A stretch of DNA of 56,542 nucleotides, taken from IMG/VR virus record IMGVR_UViG_3300017765_000004, positions 1-56,542 of that record. One strand, given 5' to 3'. The notes beneath the pieces were generated by a model. It saw only the letters and a list, made by a program, of their open reading frames with translations. It had not been told where the DNA came from and ran no database searches. This document shows positions 22,501 through 30,347 of the stretch, one piece after another. A program made the translations under genes and the position numbers. Position 1 is the first letter of the stretch, and each line of letters starts with the position of its first letter. Source of the stretch: a virus (taxonomy: Duplodnaviria; Caudoviricetes).

Positions 22501-23840
22501 TTAGTGAAACTGGAACATTCAATGATCTGATTGTCTCAGCAGAGGGTGATGCACATGACAGAATCTCTGCCAATACATTCCCTACTGGATTCTATCAAGT
22601 ATTCACTGCCAACATTTCTAAACCACTGAATGAAATATCTACAGGATTAAATGATTTTGGTTTAAATTTATCAACAGTTGGTAGTTGTGGTTTTACTACC
22701 TTTGTTAAAGATAACCTAAATACTACACCTACGTTGACAGCAGGAACTTTGTCTGAGAGTTCTGGAGGAACAAAAAGATTCATATCAGGAATCCCATACT
22801 ACAATACAGGAAGCCCCTCCTTATCTCTAACAGGTGTTACAGTAACAAACTTTACTGGTCAGACATTCCAAAATACATCAGCACCTGTTGATCTTGATCC
22901 TGCCACAAATTCAGAATCTACATCAGGAAATGTCATTTCCTCAATTGACTACACCTATGCAAATTTAGATGGTGCATCAACATTCTTATCAGGTGGTGTA
23001 CCTGTAGCCAACACTGGAGTGGGGGGTGCTTACACTTTTGGAACATTAGCAGTCCCATTGACTTCAAGTAGCATGAGGTCTGTACAAACTATAAGAATAA
23101 GAGGTAAGAATCCTGCAGGGACAGGATCTTATGCAACAAATGCCACCAAGGTGCAAGTTCACACAGCAGCACAGAGTAGTATAAGTGAGATTGCAATCGC
23201 TGTTTCAGATTCACTAGGTTCTGGATTTACTGATGATGGTGTTAGAATTTCAGATTTTAAATCTGAAACCACTAATACTCCTTCATTCAATGGTTCTACT
23301 AACTTCTATACAGCAAATCCATATACTGAGTCTGCTGATCCAGGAGTCTCTGGCACCAAAGAGGCAACAATTAGACTTGGAAAATTAGAACATAATGTTG
23401 TTGATTACTCATCAGGATTCCTTCCTGTTGGTCCAGACAGGAGTGGAGATACTGGTACTCAGTATTTCACTTTTGCTTTTAGAAGACAAACTGTTGCCAA
23501 CTTTGATATCAATATTACATCAACTGGTATAGCAGGACTCTTTATTGCTGCTCCTGGAACTAATATAGATAGTACTAGTGGATTAAATGGTTGGTTAAGA
23601 GCAGATCAACAATATGCAGGTGCTGGTACACCAGGTAGTGGAGTGGGTGGTAATGGAAGTGATGGTTGTGCATCAACAGGTGCTGATGTCATAGCAACCT
23701 CCACATCATTAAGTGGTGGATACACTATGACTCTGGGTGATCAGAATATGAGTAGTGCCACTGGTAATGTTGTTCTTGTTAGGATAGCATTGACCTCTGG
23801 TCAATCAGTAACAGCACTGAGCATAGGGGAGGCAGCATAA
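19518..23840 (+). CDS. Tail fibre/adhesin-like structural protein with gp9/gp10-like N-terminus and PKD-like domains
   Basis: N-terminal 'PNDGTGDSL...KINENFSELY'; repeated 'GIITATSFxGDGSxLTGV'; four PKD-type W/Y-GDG/S motifs (DIDWGDGS, LNWGDST, WTYGDGS, YSYGDGS). Confidence 0.75.
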   Translation: MARQGINTGSAPNDGTGDSLLVAARKINENFSELYGVVGDGTTVGSASFTQIVASGIITASSFKGDGSNLTGVTAESSGIRINDDGSLVGVAATLNFGTNISVSPLSAGIVTISASDTGITSIFQDSTPRLGGNLDVNGKEISGTGNVNLTGVITATSFVGDGTGLTGVASTDNIITGTAATFTNVVKVGTAITLDASSGIITATSFSGDGSGLTGVASTENIITGTAATFTGGVDITGASEISVTGVITATSFDGNVSASNLNVGTVPAGRFPTTLPAVSGADLTGIVTSIAAGSNISISGATGAVTITGLANTANITADSLVVSGVSTFQNVSIAGTLTYEDVTNIDSVGVITARKGVVSSGVVTATVFDGSGASLTSIPAGQLTGALPAISGANLTDLPSSGVGTQGSINTSGIITATSFSGVGGSMTLGTPTDSSFITSGALNTFSSSTKIVDGIDDLNEVIFNVIKNTAVTDVDFTGDVVAGGSPLNVTLTITSSGNANRFDIDWGDGSADNGTTDSTPSHTYNQSGGANNTVAVTARNNSGVGAGHSQSITKSNFITVFTPNPGVAFSMFAAVAGGSSISNWDSGTPVYLENSTTNVAGFAVTYSLNWGDSTTEFIASNAAPGGVGGGRTIHTYNNASETDTAYNVNLQLSSHPAADPSQIPTSSTNTFKVYATHTPTFTQTNIIGINTSSSSGFAVTFTNTTESTIGSFAAFGNTYRWTYGDGSTDNVNVGSGAAGDTGNAIAHTFTLSDNSAGTASTFATNLRAITDHSSSPFISPNIVITVEPEVRSIFTGIATIASDRTGDTNRDLYDGTDLFGRNRRVGIFTNTSHNASDYVYSYGDGSSNDTIANNGVPGGTSSPILHTFQGSTGSKVVTLTANGTPVTIVQNGKQSSVTMTLKAVPTAPTAITASSLSVSTGSQGTSPSLCANFTGNQAGSGIATGTSVRRIATTTPVVTNSISNINGSHSGNLSAQINGVGIGTTTFTTAVSETGTFNDLIVSAEGDAHDRISANTFPTGFYQVFTANISKPLNEISTGLNDFGLNLSTVGSCGFTTFVKDNLNTTPTLTAGTLSESSGGTKRFISGIPYYNTGSPSLSLTGVTVTNFTGQTFQNTSAPVDLDPATNSESTSGNVISSIDYTYANLDGASTFLSGGVPVANTGVGGAYTFGTLAVPLTSSSMRSVQTIRIRGKNPAGTGSYATNATKVQVHTAAQSSISEIAIAVSDSLGSGFTDDGVRISDFKSETTNTPSFNGSTNFYTANPYTESADPGVSGTKEATIRLGKLEHNVVDYSSGFLPVGPDRSGDTGTQYFTFAFRRQTVANFDINITSTGIAGLFIAAPGTNIDSTSGLNGWLRADQQYAGAGTPGSGVGGNGSDGCASTGADVIATSTSLSGGYTMTLGDQNMSSATGNVVLVRIALTSGQSVTALSIGEAA

Positions 23841-23841
23841 G

Positions 23842-24822
23842 GTGGCCATATCAAATGACCAGAAGATTGATTATCTATTCAAGAAGGTTGGTTTTGGTAG
23901 AGCCAAGACAGATACCAATGCCAATAAATCTGCTGTCAATGAGGCAACCTCTAGTGCATTATTTGTACAGGGCACCAATGTATGGGCAGAATCAAATTTA
24001 ATACCTACAACAATACCAGGTAGCACTAGTGGTGTAGTCAATGTAAGACCTACATCTGCTCCTGTTGAAACCACAAATGATGGAACAGCATCAACAAACA
24101 GAACCTGGAAGACTGGATTAATAGATTGGATTCCACCAGAAGTTGGTGCTACTTATCTTATTAAAGTTTATATTCACACCTCTGGTGATGCAGCAAATGC
24201 AGCAAGTTCTGGAACTCAGGTATTCCCTGCAGGTTCAGGTAACAATGATGAATGGTTCTTTGATTATCCTTCAGGCACTTTAAACTTCATTGGCACTAAT
24301 CTGCCTAATGGAGTTAATTTTACTGGAAAGAGTGTCTATATTAGTGGTGCATATTATACAGGTATAAAAGGTGTTGCTGGTCCTGGTACTGCAACAACCT
24401 TTACATCACTGGCAGTATCTGGCATTACAACTTCTGAGGTGCTCAAAGTTGGAACAGCTGTTACTATCAGTTCTGGTATTGTTACTGCTACATCTTATGA
24501 GGGTGATGGTTCTAATTTATCAGGAATTATTACTCAACTTGGAGCACTTAGCACATTAGCAGGATTACTCACCACAAATTTTAATGATGGTGATATCATA
24601 ATGTACAATGCCTCACAAGGCAAGTTCATTGCTACTGCACAGAGTAATCTTACTGGAGCTGGTAGAACAACTCTGGTCACATTGGATGATGTTACTGGAA
24701 CACCATCTACCAACAATGTTCTCATATTCAATGGTAGTGACTTCACATTCACAACACCATTTGAGATTGTTGATAGAAGTGATGGTGTTGATGATGACAT
24801 TGTAGATCATGGTACATTTTGA
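23842..24822 (+). CDS. Putative fibre-associated structural protein
   Basis: GTG start after GGGGAGG; 'KIDYLFKK', 'EWFFDYPSGTLNF' and fibre motif 'GIVTATSYEGDGSNLSG'; ends DHGTF. Confidence 0.7.
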   Translation: MAISNDQKIDYLFKKVGFGRAKTDTNANKSAVNEATSSALFVQGTNVWAESNLIPTTIPGSTSGVVNVRPTSAPVETTNDGTASTNRTWKTGLIDWIPPEVGATYLIKVYIHTSGDAANAASSGTQVFPAGSGNNDEWFFDYPSGTLNFIGTNLPNGVNFTGKSVYISGAYYTGIKGVAGPGTATTFTSLAVSGITTSEVLKVGTAVTISSGIVTATSYEGDGSNLSGIITQLGALSTLAGLLTTNFNDGDIIMYNASQGKFIATAQSNLTGAGRTTLVTLDDVTGTPSTNNVLIFNGSDFTFTTPFEIVDRSDGVDDDIVDHGTF

Positions 24823-24883
24823 TACTTGAAATTTTTCTAAATAATATTACGAAATAATATTTAAACGGTAATAGGAGGCGAGC

Positions 24884-27592
24884 GTGGCTGCACCAACCCT
24901 TAAGTTAAAGAGAGGCTTACAGTCCGCTCTTCCAACACTGGCAATAGGTGAACCAGGGTTTACCACTGATAGCTATCAACTTTATGTTGGTGCTCCTGGT
25001 GGAAACAAGTTTATTGGTGGAAATAATAACTTTACTCTTGAAACTGCCACTGTTGGTGGTGGAGTAAATTTATTTGAAGGAACCAATAATGGTGATCACT
25101 TTATCCAACTGAAATCACCCAATTCATTAACTGGAGTAACAACATATACTTTTCCAGCAACACCTGTTGCAGGTAGAAAGTTACAGACAGATGGTTCTGG
25201 TAATTTATCCTGGGTTGCTGATTCTGCATCGCAATTCAATATTCAAGGTGATTCTGGTGGATCACAGACATTCTCACTTGGCGATACACTGTCAATCATT
25301 GGAACAAACCTTGAAGTAGAGACCACATCATCATCTGACCAAATTCAGATTGGCCTACCAAATGCTGTTACTGTCACAACATCAGTAACAACACCAACAA
25401 CCGTTGTAGGTTCTGCTGTAACATCAAATGCTACAGGTATTAATGTCTCTGGTGGGGTAACACTCAGCCCTAATCCTGCTGTTGGTATTTTGACTGCTGC
25501 ATCAGTCAAAGCAGGTGCTGCTTCCACCCTTGATGTTACTGGTCTTGAAGTACAAGGCGGAGTTAAGGCAGTTGGTGTTATCACTGCTACTTCTTTCAGT
25601 GGCAATCTTGCTCTTAGCAACGTAACTGGCATTGATTCTGATGTAGTAACATTCTTAGGAACCCCAAGTTCTGCTAATCTGGCAGCATCTATTGATGATG
25701 AAACTGGAACTGGTGCTCTTGTATTTGGAACAAGTCCATCATTAACAACACCAAATATTGGCACCCCTTCTGCAGGCACACTGACAAACTGCACAGGTCT
25801 TCCAATTTCTTCAGGTGTATCAGGTCTTGCTGGCAATGTTGCCACATTCCTGGGAACACCAAGTTCTGCCAACCTTGCTTCTGCTGTAACTGATGAGACA
25901 GGATCAGGTGCTCTGGTATTTGCTAATTCACCAACCTTAGTATCACCTGCTCTTGGCACACCTGCCTCAGGCACACTAACAAATTGCACAGGTCTGCCTA
26001 TGGCAGGTCTGAGTGACCTTGATGCTGATGCTAGAACCTTCTTAGGCACACCTAGTTCTGCCAATCTTAGAGGTGCTATTGATGATGAAACTGGTTCTGG
26101 TGCTTTGGTGTTTGCCAATACTCCAACACTTGTAAGTCCTGTTCTTGGTGCTGCCACAGGAACCAGCATTGCTGTTGGTGCTGCATCCACCATGGATGTC
26201 ACTGGTCTTGAAGTCCAAGGTGGAGTCAAAGCAGTTGGTGTTATCACTGCCATATCATTCTCAGGAAGTGGTTCAGGTCTGACAGGGGTTGCTGCTGACT
26301 CTGTTTCAGTAAGAAAACTGACCAATGCTGGTACTGGTGTAACAGTATTCCTTGAAACTCCCTCTTCTGCTAATCTTGCCTCTGCAATAACAGATGAGAC
26401 AGGATCAGGTGCCCTTGTATTTGCCACATCACCAACTCTGGTCACTCCTGTTCTTGGAACTCCTGCCTCAGGTACACTGACCAATTGTACTGGTCTTCCT
26501 ATCTCATCTGGTGTTTCTGGTCTTGCTGGCAATGTTGCCACATTCTTAGGAACCCCTTCATCTGCTAACTTAAGAGCAGCAATGACTGATGAAACAGGAA
26601 CTGGTGTTGCTGTATTTAATGACACACCAACACTTATCACACCTGTTCTTGGTGCTGCCACTGCTACAAGTGTTGTGGTTGGAAGTGGATCAACAATTGA
26701 TGCCACTGGTCTTAAGGTTTCTGGTGGTGTAAATGCAGTTGGTGTTATCACTGCTTCTTCATATTCAGGAAGTGGTGCTAATCTGACCAATGTTAATGCT
26801 GTAACAGCAACAGTTGCTGATGAGTCATCTGACACAACTTGCTTCCCACTATTTGCTACAACAGCAACTGGTGATCAAGCACTGAAGTCAGACTCAAGTG
26901 CATTAACATATAATTCAGGCACTGGTAATCTGTCTTCTACACTTCTGACAGGTACACTCCAAACTGCTGCACAAGGCAATGTAACATCACTTGGAACTTT
27001 AACTTCTCTGACTGTTAGTGGAGACATTGCTGCAAATGGTGATATTAATGGTGATGGTTCTACTGCCATCACAGCAATGGCAAGTGCTGCCATCACAGCA
27101 GTAACTGCTACTACAGTGAATGCCACTAACTACAGAGCAAATGATGGCACTGCTTCAATTGTAATTACAGACAGCACAGGTGCTGTCTCAATGGCACAGA
27201 ATCTGACTGTTGGTGGAAATCTAACTGTTAATGGTACAACCACTCAGGTTAATACCACACAAATGACAGTTGAAGATACACTGATTCAACTGCAGATGGT
27301 TGATGGATCTGCTCCTGGATCTGATACTAACAAAGATGTTGGTGTTCTTCTGAACTACTATGATGGTTCTGCTAAGAAGGCAGCAATGTTCTGGGATGAT
27401 TCTGCTGCTAGAATTGCATTTGCATCAGAGGCAACAGAAACAACTGGAGTTCTGGGAAGTATTACTTACTCAACTATTGAGGCTGGTGGATTAGTAATTA
27501 GTGACTCAACAGGAACTGCTGAAGATGTAATCTCAGTTGATGGTTCAAACAGAGTTCTTGAGAACATTCTGATTGATTGTGGAGCATTCTGA
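24884..27592 (+). CDS. Tail fibre-like protein with Mtd-N-like N-terminus and internal tandem repeats
   Basis: GTG start with AGGAGG SD and TAAATA at 24838-24843; 'LKLKRG...LAIGEPGFTTDSYQLYVG'; five 'FLGTPSSANL...DETGSGALVF' repeats; 'GNLTVNGTTTQVNT'; ends IDCGAF. Confidence 0.78.
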   Translation: MAAPTLKLKRGLQSALPTLAIGEPGFTTDSYQLYVGAPGGNKFIGGNNNFTLETATVGGGVNLFEGTNNGDHFIQLKSPNSLTGVTTYTFPATPVAGRKLQTDGSGNLSWVADSASQFNIQGDSGGSQTFSLGDTLSIIGTNLEVETTSSSDQIQIGLPNAVTVTTSVTTPTTVVGSAVTSNATGINVSGGVTLSPNPAVGILTAASVKAGAASTLDVTGLEVQGGVKAVGVITATSFSGNLALSNVTGIDSDVVTFLGTPSSANLAASIDDETGTGALVFGTSPSLTTPNIGTPSAGTLTNCTGLPISSGVSGLAGNVATFLGTPSSANLASAVTDETGSGALVFANSPTLVSPALGTPASGTLTNCTGLPMAGLSDLDADARTFLGTPSSANLRGAIDDETGSGALVFANTPTLVSPVLGAATGTSIAVGAASTMDVTGLEVQGGVKAVGVITAISFSGSGSGLTGVAADSVSVRKLTNAGTGVTVFLETPSSANLASAITDETGSGALVFATSPTLVTPVLGTPASGTLTNCTGLPISSGVSGLAGNVATFLGTPSSANLRAAMTDETGTGVAVFNDTPTLITPVLGAATATSVVVGSGSTIDATGLKVSGGVNAVGVITASSYSGSGANLTNVNAVTATVADESSDTTCFPLFATTATGDQALKSDSSALTYNSGTGNLSSTLLTGTLQTAAQGNVTSLGTLTSLTVSGDIAANGDINGDGSTAITAMASAAITAVTATTVNATNYRANDGTASIVITDSTGAVSMAQNLTVGGNLTVNGTTTQVNTTQMTVEDTLIQLQMVDGSAPGSDTNKDVGVLLNYYDGSAKKAAMFWDDSAARIAFASEATETTGVLGSITYSTIEAGGLVISDSTGTAEDVISVDGSNRVLENILIDCGAF
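25640..26780 (+). repeat. Intragenic degenerate tandem repeats (5 core units)
   Basis: The 'TFLGTPSSANL...DETGxGALVF' core begins near 25649, 25844, 26036, 26345 and 26540; copies differ mostly at synonymous sites. Confidence 0.85.
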
Positions 27593-27616
27593 TAAGTAAA
27601 TATAACTCAATAAATA

Positions 27617-27640
27617 GGGGGGATATACCCCCCTTTTTTT
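27617..27640 (+). terminator. Rho-independent terminator overlapped by a late promoter
   Basis: GGGGGG-ATATA-CCCCCC followed by T7; TAAATA at 27611-27616 abuts the stem. Confidence 0.75.
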
Positions 27641-27946
27641 ATGGAAGATGATGCAAAGTTTTTATTAGGAGCATATCAAAAAAAGTCATTTGATTTGTTC
27701 AATCAAGTAATTGCTACAGAAGCAAGAGTACAACAATTCAGTGAGATTATTGAGGCACAGAAAGCAAAAATAGAAGAATTTTCTGCAGCTAATAAGGGAC
27801 TTGCAGAGGAGGTTCAAAGATTAGAAAATCATATTAGAGAAACTCATGAGCAAGAAAATTCTGCTCTTCCTACAAAACCTGTAACAAGAAAAAGAAAGTC
27901 TCCACCTAAATCTTCTGTGATTCTTCAGGATGCTGGACAGTTCTAA
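27641..27946 (+). CDS. Small coiled-coil hypothetical protein (possible fibre assembly/adaptor)
   Basis: 101-aa ORF filling the gap between two fibre genes; heptad-rich middle; ends QDAGQF. Confidence 0.7.
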   Translation: MEDDAKFLLGAYQKKSFDLFNQVIATEARVQQFSEIIEAQKAKIEEFSAANKGLAEEVQRLENHIRETHEQENSALPTKPVTRKRKSPPKSSVILQDAGQF

Positions 27947-27994
27947 ATAAAACAGTATGTCTGATATATATCAGATTCTTTAGGTAGATACCAA

Positions 27995-30346
27995 ATGGCA
28001 AGTCCAAATATTAAGTTAAAGCGATCTGCTGTCGCTGATAAAAGACCAGCATTAAGTGGATTAGAGTTAGGCGAGGTAGCTCTTAACACTTATGATGGTC
28101 ATCTTTTTGTAAGAAGGGACACTAGTGGTGTTGGAATAGCGACCACAGTAACACTTCTTACACCATGGCAAGAAGCATATGCTGGTGGGACCATTGCCTA
28201 TAGTGGAAATGCTCAGGTTACTGGTATTTCTTCTGCTGGAGAACTTTCAGGTTTTACAAGACTTACAGCACCATTTGGATCTGTAGAGGAAATAATTGTT
28301 AAAGTAGTATCAAAAACTGGTGCTCATAGGTATAATGGGCAGGGGAGTGGATTAGGATATCTTCTTAATGATGTAGTATCACCATTTCTAACACTTACCC
28401 CTGGAAGAACATACAGATTTAATCAATCAGACTCTTCAAATAGCACTCATCCATTAAGATTTTATCTTGATGCAGCAAGAAATAATTCATATACTACAAA
28501 TGTAACAACTAATGGCACTGCTGGTAGTTCTGGTGCATACACTGAAATTGTTGTATCTGATGATACTCCATTAGTATTACACTATCAGTGTTCTGCTCAT
28601 GGATACATGGGCAATGCAGTCTACAATAATTCCAATCTTGTAAGTACTACTTTCCAAATCACTGGATTAGGTGGTGCTAATATCACTGGTGTTGTCACAG
28701 CTACAACTTTTAGTGGTTCTGGTGCGTCATTAACAAATTTAAATGGTTCAAATATCGCTAGTGGGACTGTTGCTGCAGCAAGAGTAGGTAGTCTCCCTGC
28801 CAGTAAAATTACAACTGGGACATTTGATGCTGCAAGAATCCCAACTCTTAATCAAGATACAACAGGAACAGCAGCTCTTGCAGAAGGACTGACAGGAACA
28901 CCAAGTATTTCTGTAACTAATGTTTCTGCTGCATCATCTGTTACTGCCACAAAGTTAGTTGTTAATGGCAACTCTACAATCACAGGAATTCTGACTGTTG
29001 GTACATCATCACTTAAGTTTGATGGTAGCAATAATATTATAAATGTTGGAACAGGTATAACAATAAATCATAGCTCTGGTATTTTTGTTGGTGGTAATGA
29101 CAATAATCTTCACTCTGCTGGTTTTGATGTAAGACAAATCAATGCTGCAGGTGTTGTTACTGCCACTACATTTAGTGGATCTGGTGCTTCACTGACTAGC
29201 ATACCTGGTGGTCAGATTACTGGTACAATTGCTGCTGTATCAGGTGCTAATCTAACTAGCCTTAATGCATCAAATCTTGGTTCTGGAACTATCCCTGATG
29301 CTAGATTCCCTGCCACCTTGCCTTCAGCATCAGCAGCAAACCTGACAAGTATTCCTGCTGCTAACTTGACAGGAACTGCTGCTGCGATTAATGGTTCAAA
29401 TATTACCAGTTTGAATGCATCAAATCTTGGATCTGGTACAGTTCCTGATGCCAGATTCCCTGCTACTCTACCTGCAGCATCTGGTGCTAATCTTACAGCA
29501 CTTAATGCATCAAATATTGCTAGTGGAACTCTTGCTGCAGCAAGAGTGGGTGTTCTTCCTGCTAGTAAAATTACATCTGGAACATTTGACGCTGCAAGAA
29601 TACCAACTCTTAATCAAGACACCACAGGTTCTGCAGCAACTCTGGTTGGCACATCAGTCACAATCACATCTAGTGGTATTCATCAGAACACTGGTGTATC
29701 TACATTCTATAGATTAGATGTTGATGGACTTTCACCTGATGCCACTGATTTTGGATCAGCAAATTTTGTTCCTATTGCGGATGGATCTGGTGGATGGTCA
29801 TGGGGATCTGTAGATTCTGCTGGTGCTGGATCTATTGATGGTATTACTGTCAGAGAAGAAGGTAGTGTAATTGGCACTGCAAATAGTATTTCTCAACTTA
29901 ATTTTGTAAGCAGCAATATTACAGCTACTGCAGTTGCTCTTGGTGCCACTGCCACAATCACTCTGTCTGATACTCCCTCATTCACATCAGGTGCATTTGT
30001 TAATGTAACTGCCACTGGTGGAGTTAATGTGACTGGTGTAGTCACAGCATCATCATATAGTGGTTCTGGTGCAAATCTCTCAGGCATCACTGTTGCTGGT
30101 ATTAGCACTCTTGGCACATCTGGATTTAAAGATGTTGTGATTTCAGGTGGTGCGACAGTTGGTGTTGCCACTGTCAGTACAGCACTTTATATGCCTCAGT
30201 ATACAACAACAGCAAGAGATGCTGCATCTTTTAATGAGGGTGCCATGATTTATAATACTACTACAAAGAAAATGGAGTTCTATAATGGAACTACATGGAC
30301 AAGCCTGCCAGGTGTCACACTGGGACTGGGAATGGGAGTCTTCTGA
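27995..30346 (+). CDS. Tail fibre-like protein with cupredoxin-like insert
   Basis: 'IKLKRSAVADKRP..LELGEVALNTYDG' N-terminus; 'TYRFNQSDSSNSTHPLRF...YQCSAHGYMG'; 'LNASNLGSGT' repeats; C-terminal 'GAMIYNTTTKKMEFYNGTTW'. TAAATA at 27944-27949. Confidence 0.78.
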   Translation: MASPNIKLKRSAVADKRPALSGLELGEVALNTYDGHLFVRRDTSGVGIATTVTLLTPWQEAYAGGTIAYSGNAQVTGISSAGELSGFTRLTAPFGSVEEIIVKVVSKTGAHRYNGQGSGLGYLLNDVVSPFLTLTPGRTYRFNQSDSSNSTHPLRFYLDAARNNSYTTNVTTNGTAGSSGAYTEIVVSDDTPLVLHYQCSAHGYMGNAVYNNSNLVSTTFQITGLGGANITGVVTATTFSGSGASLTNLNGSNIASGTVAAARVGSLPASKITTGTFDAARIPTLNQDTTGTAALAEGLTGTPSISVTNVSAASSVTATKLVVNGNSTITGILTVGTSSLKFDGSNNIINVGTGITINHSSGIFVGGNDNNLHSAGFDVRQINAAGVVTATTFSGSGASLTSIPGGQITGTIAAVSGANLTSLNASNLGSGTIPDARFPATLPSASAANLTSIPAANLTGTAAAINGSNITSLNASNLGSGTVPDARFPATLPAASGANLTALNASNIASGTLAAARVGVLPASKITSGTFDAARIPTLNQDTTGSAATLVGTSVTITSSGIHQNTGVSTFYRLDVDGLSPDATDFGSANFVPIADGSGGWSWGSVDSAGAGSIDGITVREEGSVIGTANSISQLNFVSSNITATAVALGATATITLSDTPSFTSGAFVNVTATGGVNVTGVVTASSYSGSGANLSGITVAGISTLGTSGFKDVVISGGATVGVATVSTALYMPQYTTTARDAASFNEGAMIYNTTTKKMEFYNGTTWTSLPGVTLGLGMGVF

Positions 30347-30347
30347 T

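Noticed and set aside
25640-26780. Repeats as a CRISPR array or DGR template/variable pair
   Set aside because: The repeats are in-frame coding units varying at synonymous positions, not adenine-specifically. There are no unique spacers and no reverse transcriptase or cas gene in the window.
25345-26835. 496-aa minus-strand ORF
   Set aside because: It is a shadow of the repetitive fibre gene. In this offset, minus-strand stops need Tyr/His/Gln codons on the + strand, which the G/A/S/T-rich fibre rarely uses. It has no promoter or SD and mirrors the + strand repeats.
30285-30347. Longer N-terminus for the 172-aa ORF
   Set aside because: It overlaps the fibre gene end by about 60 nt; ATG 30348 sits right after the stop and gives the MRSFNQFISE leader.
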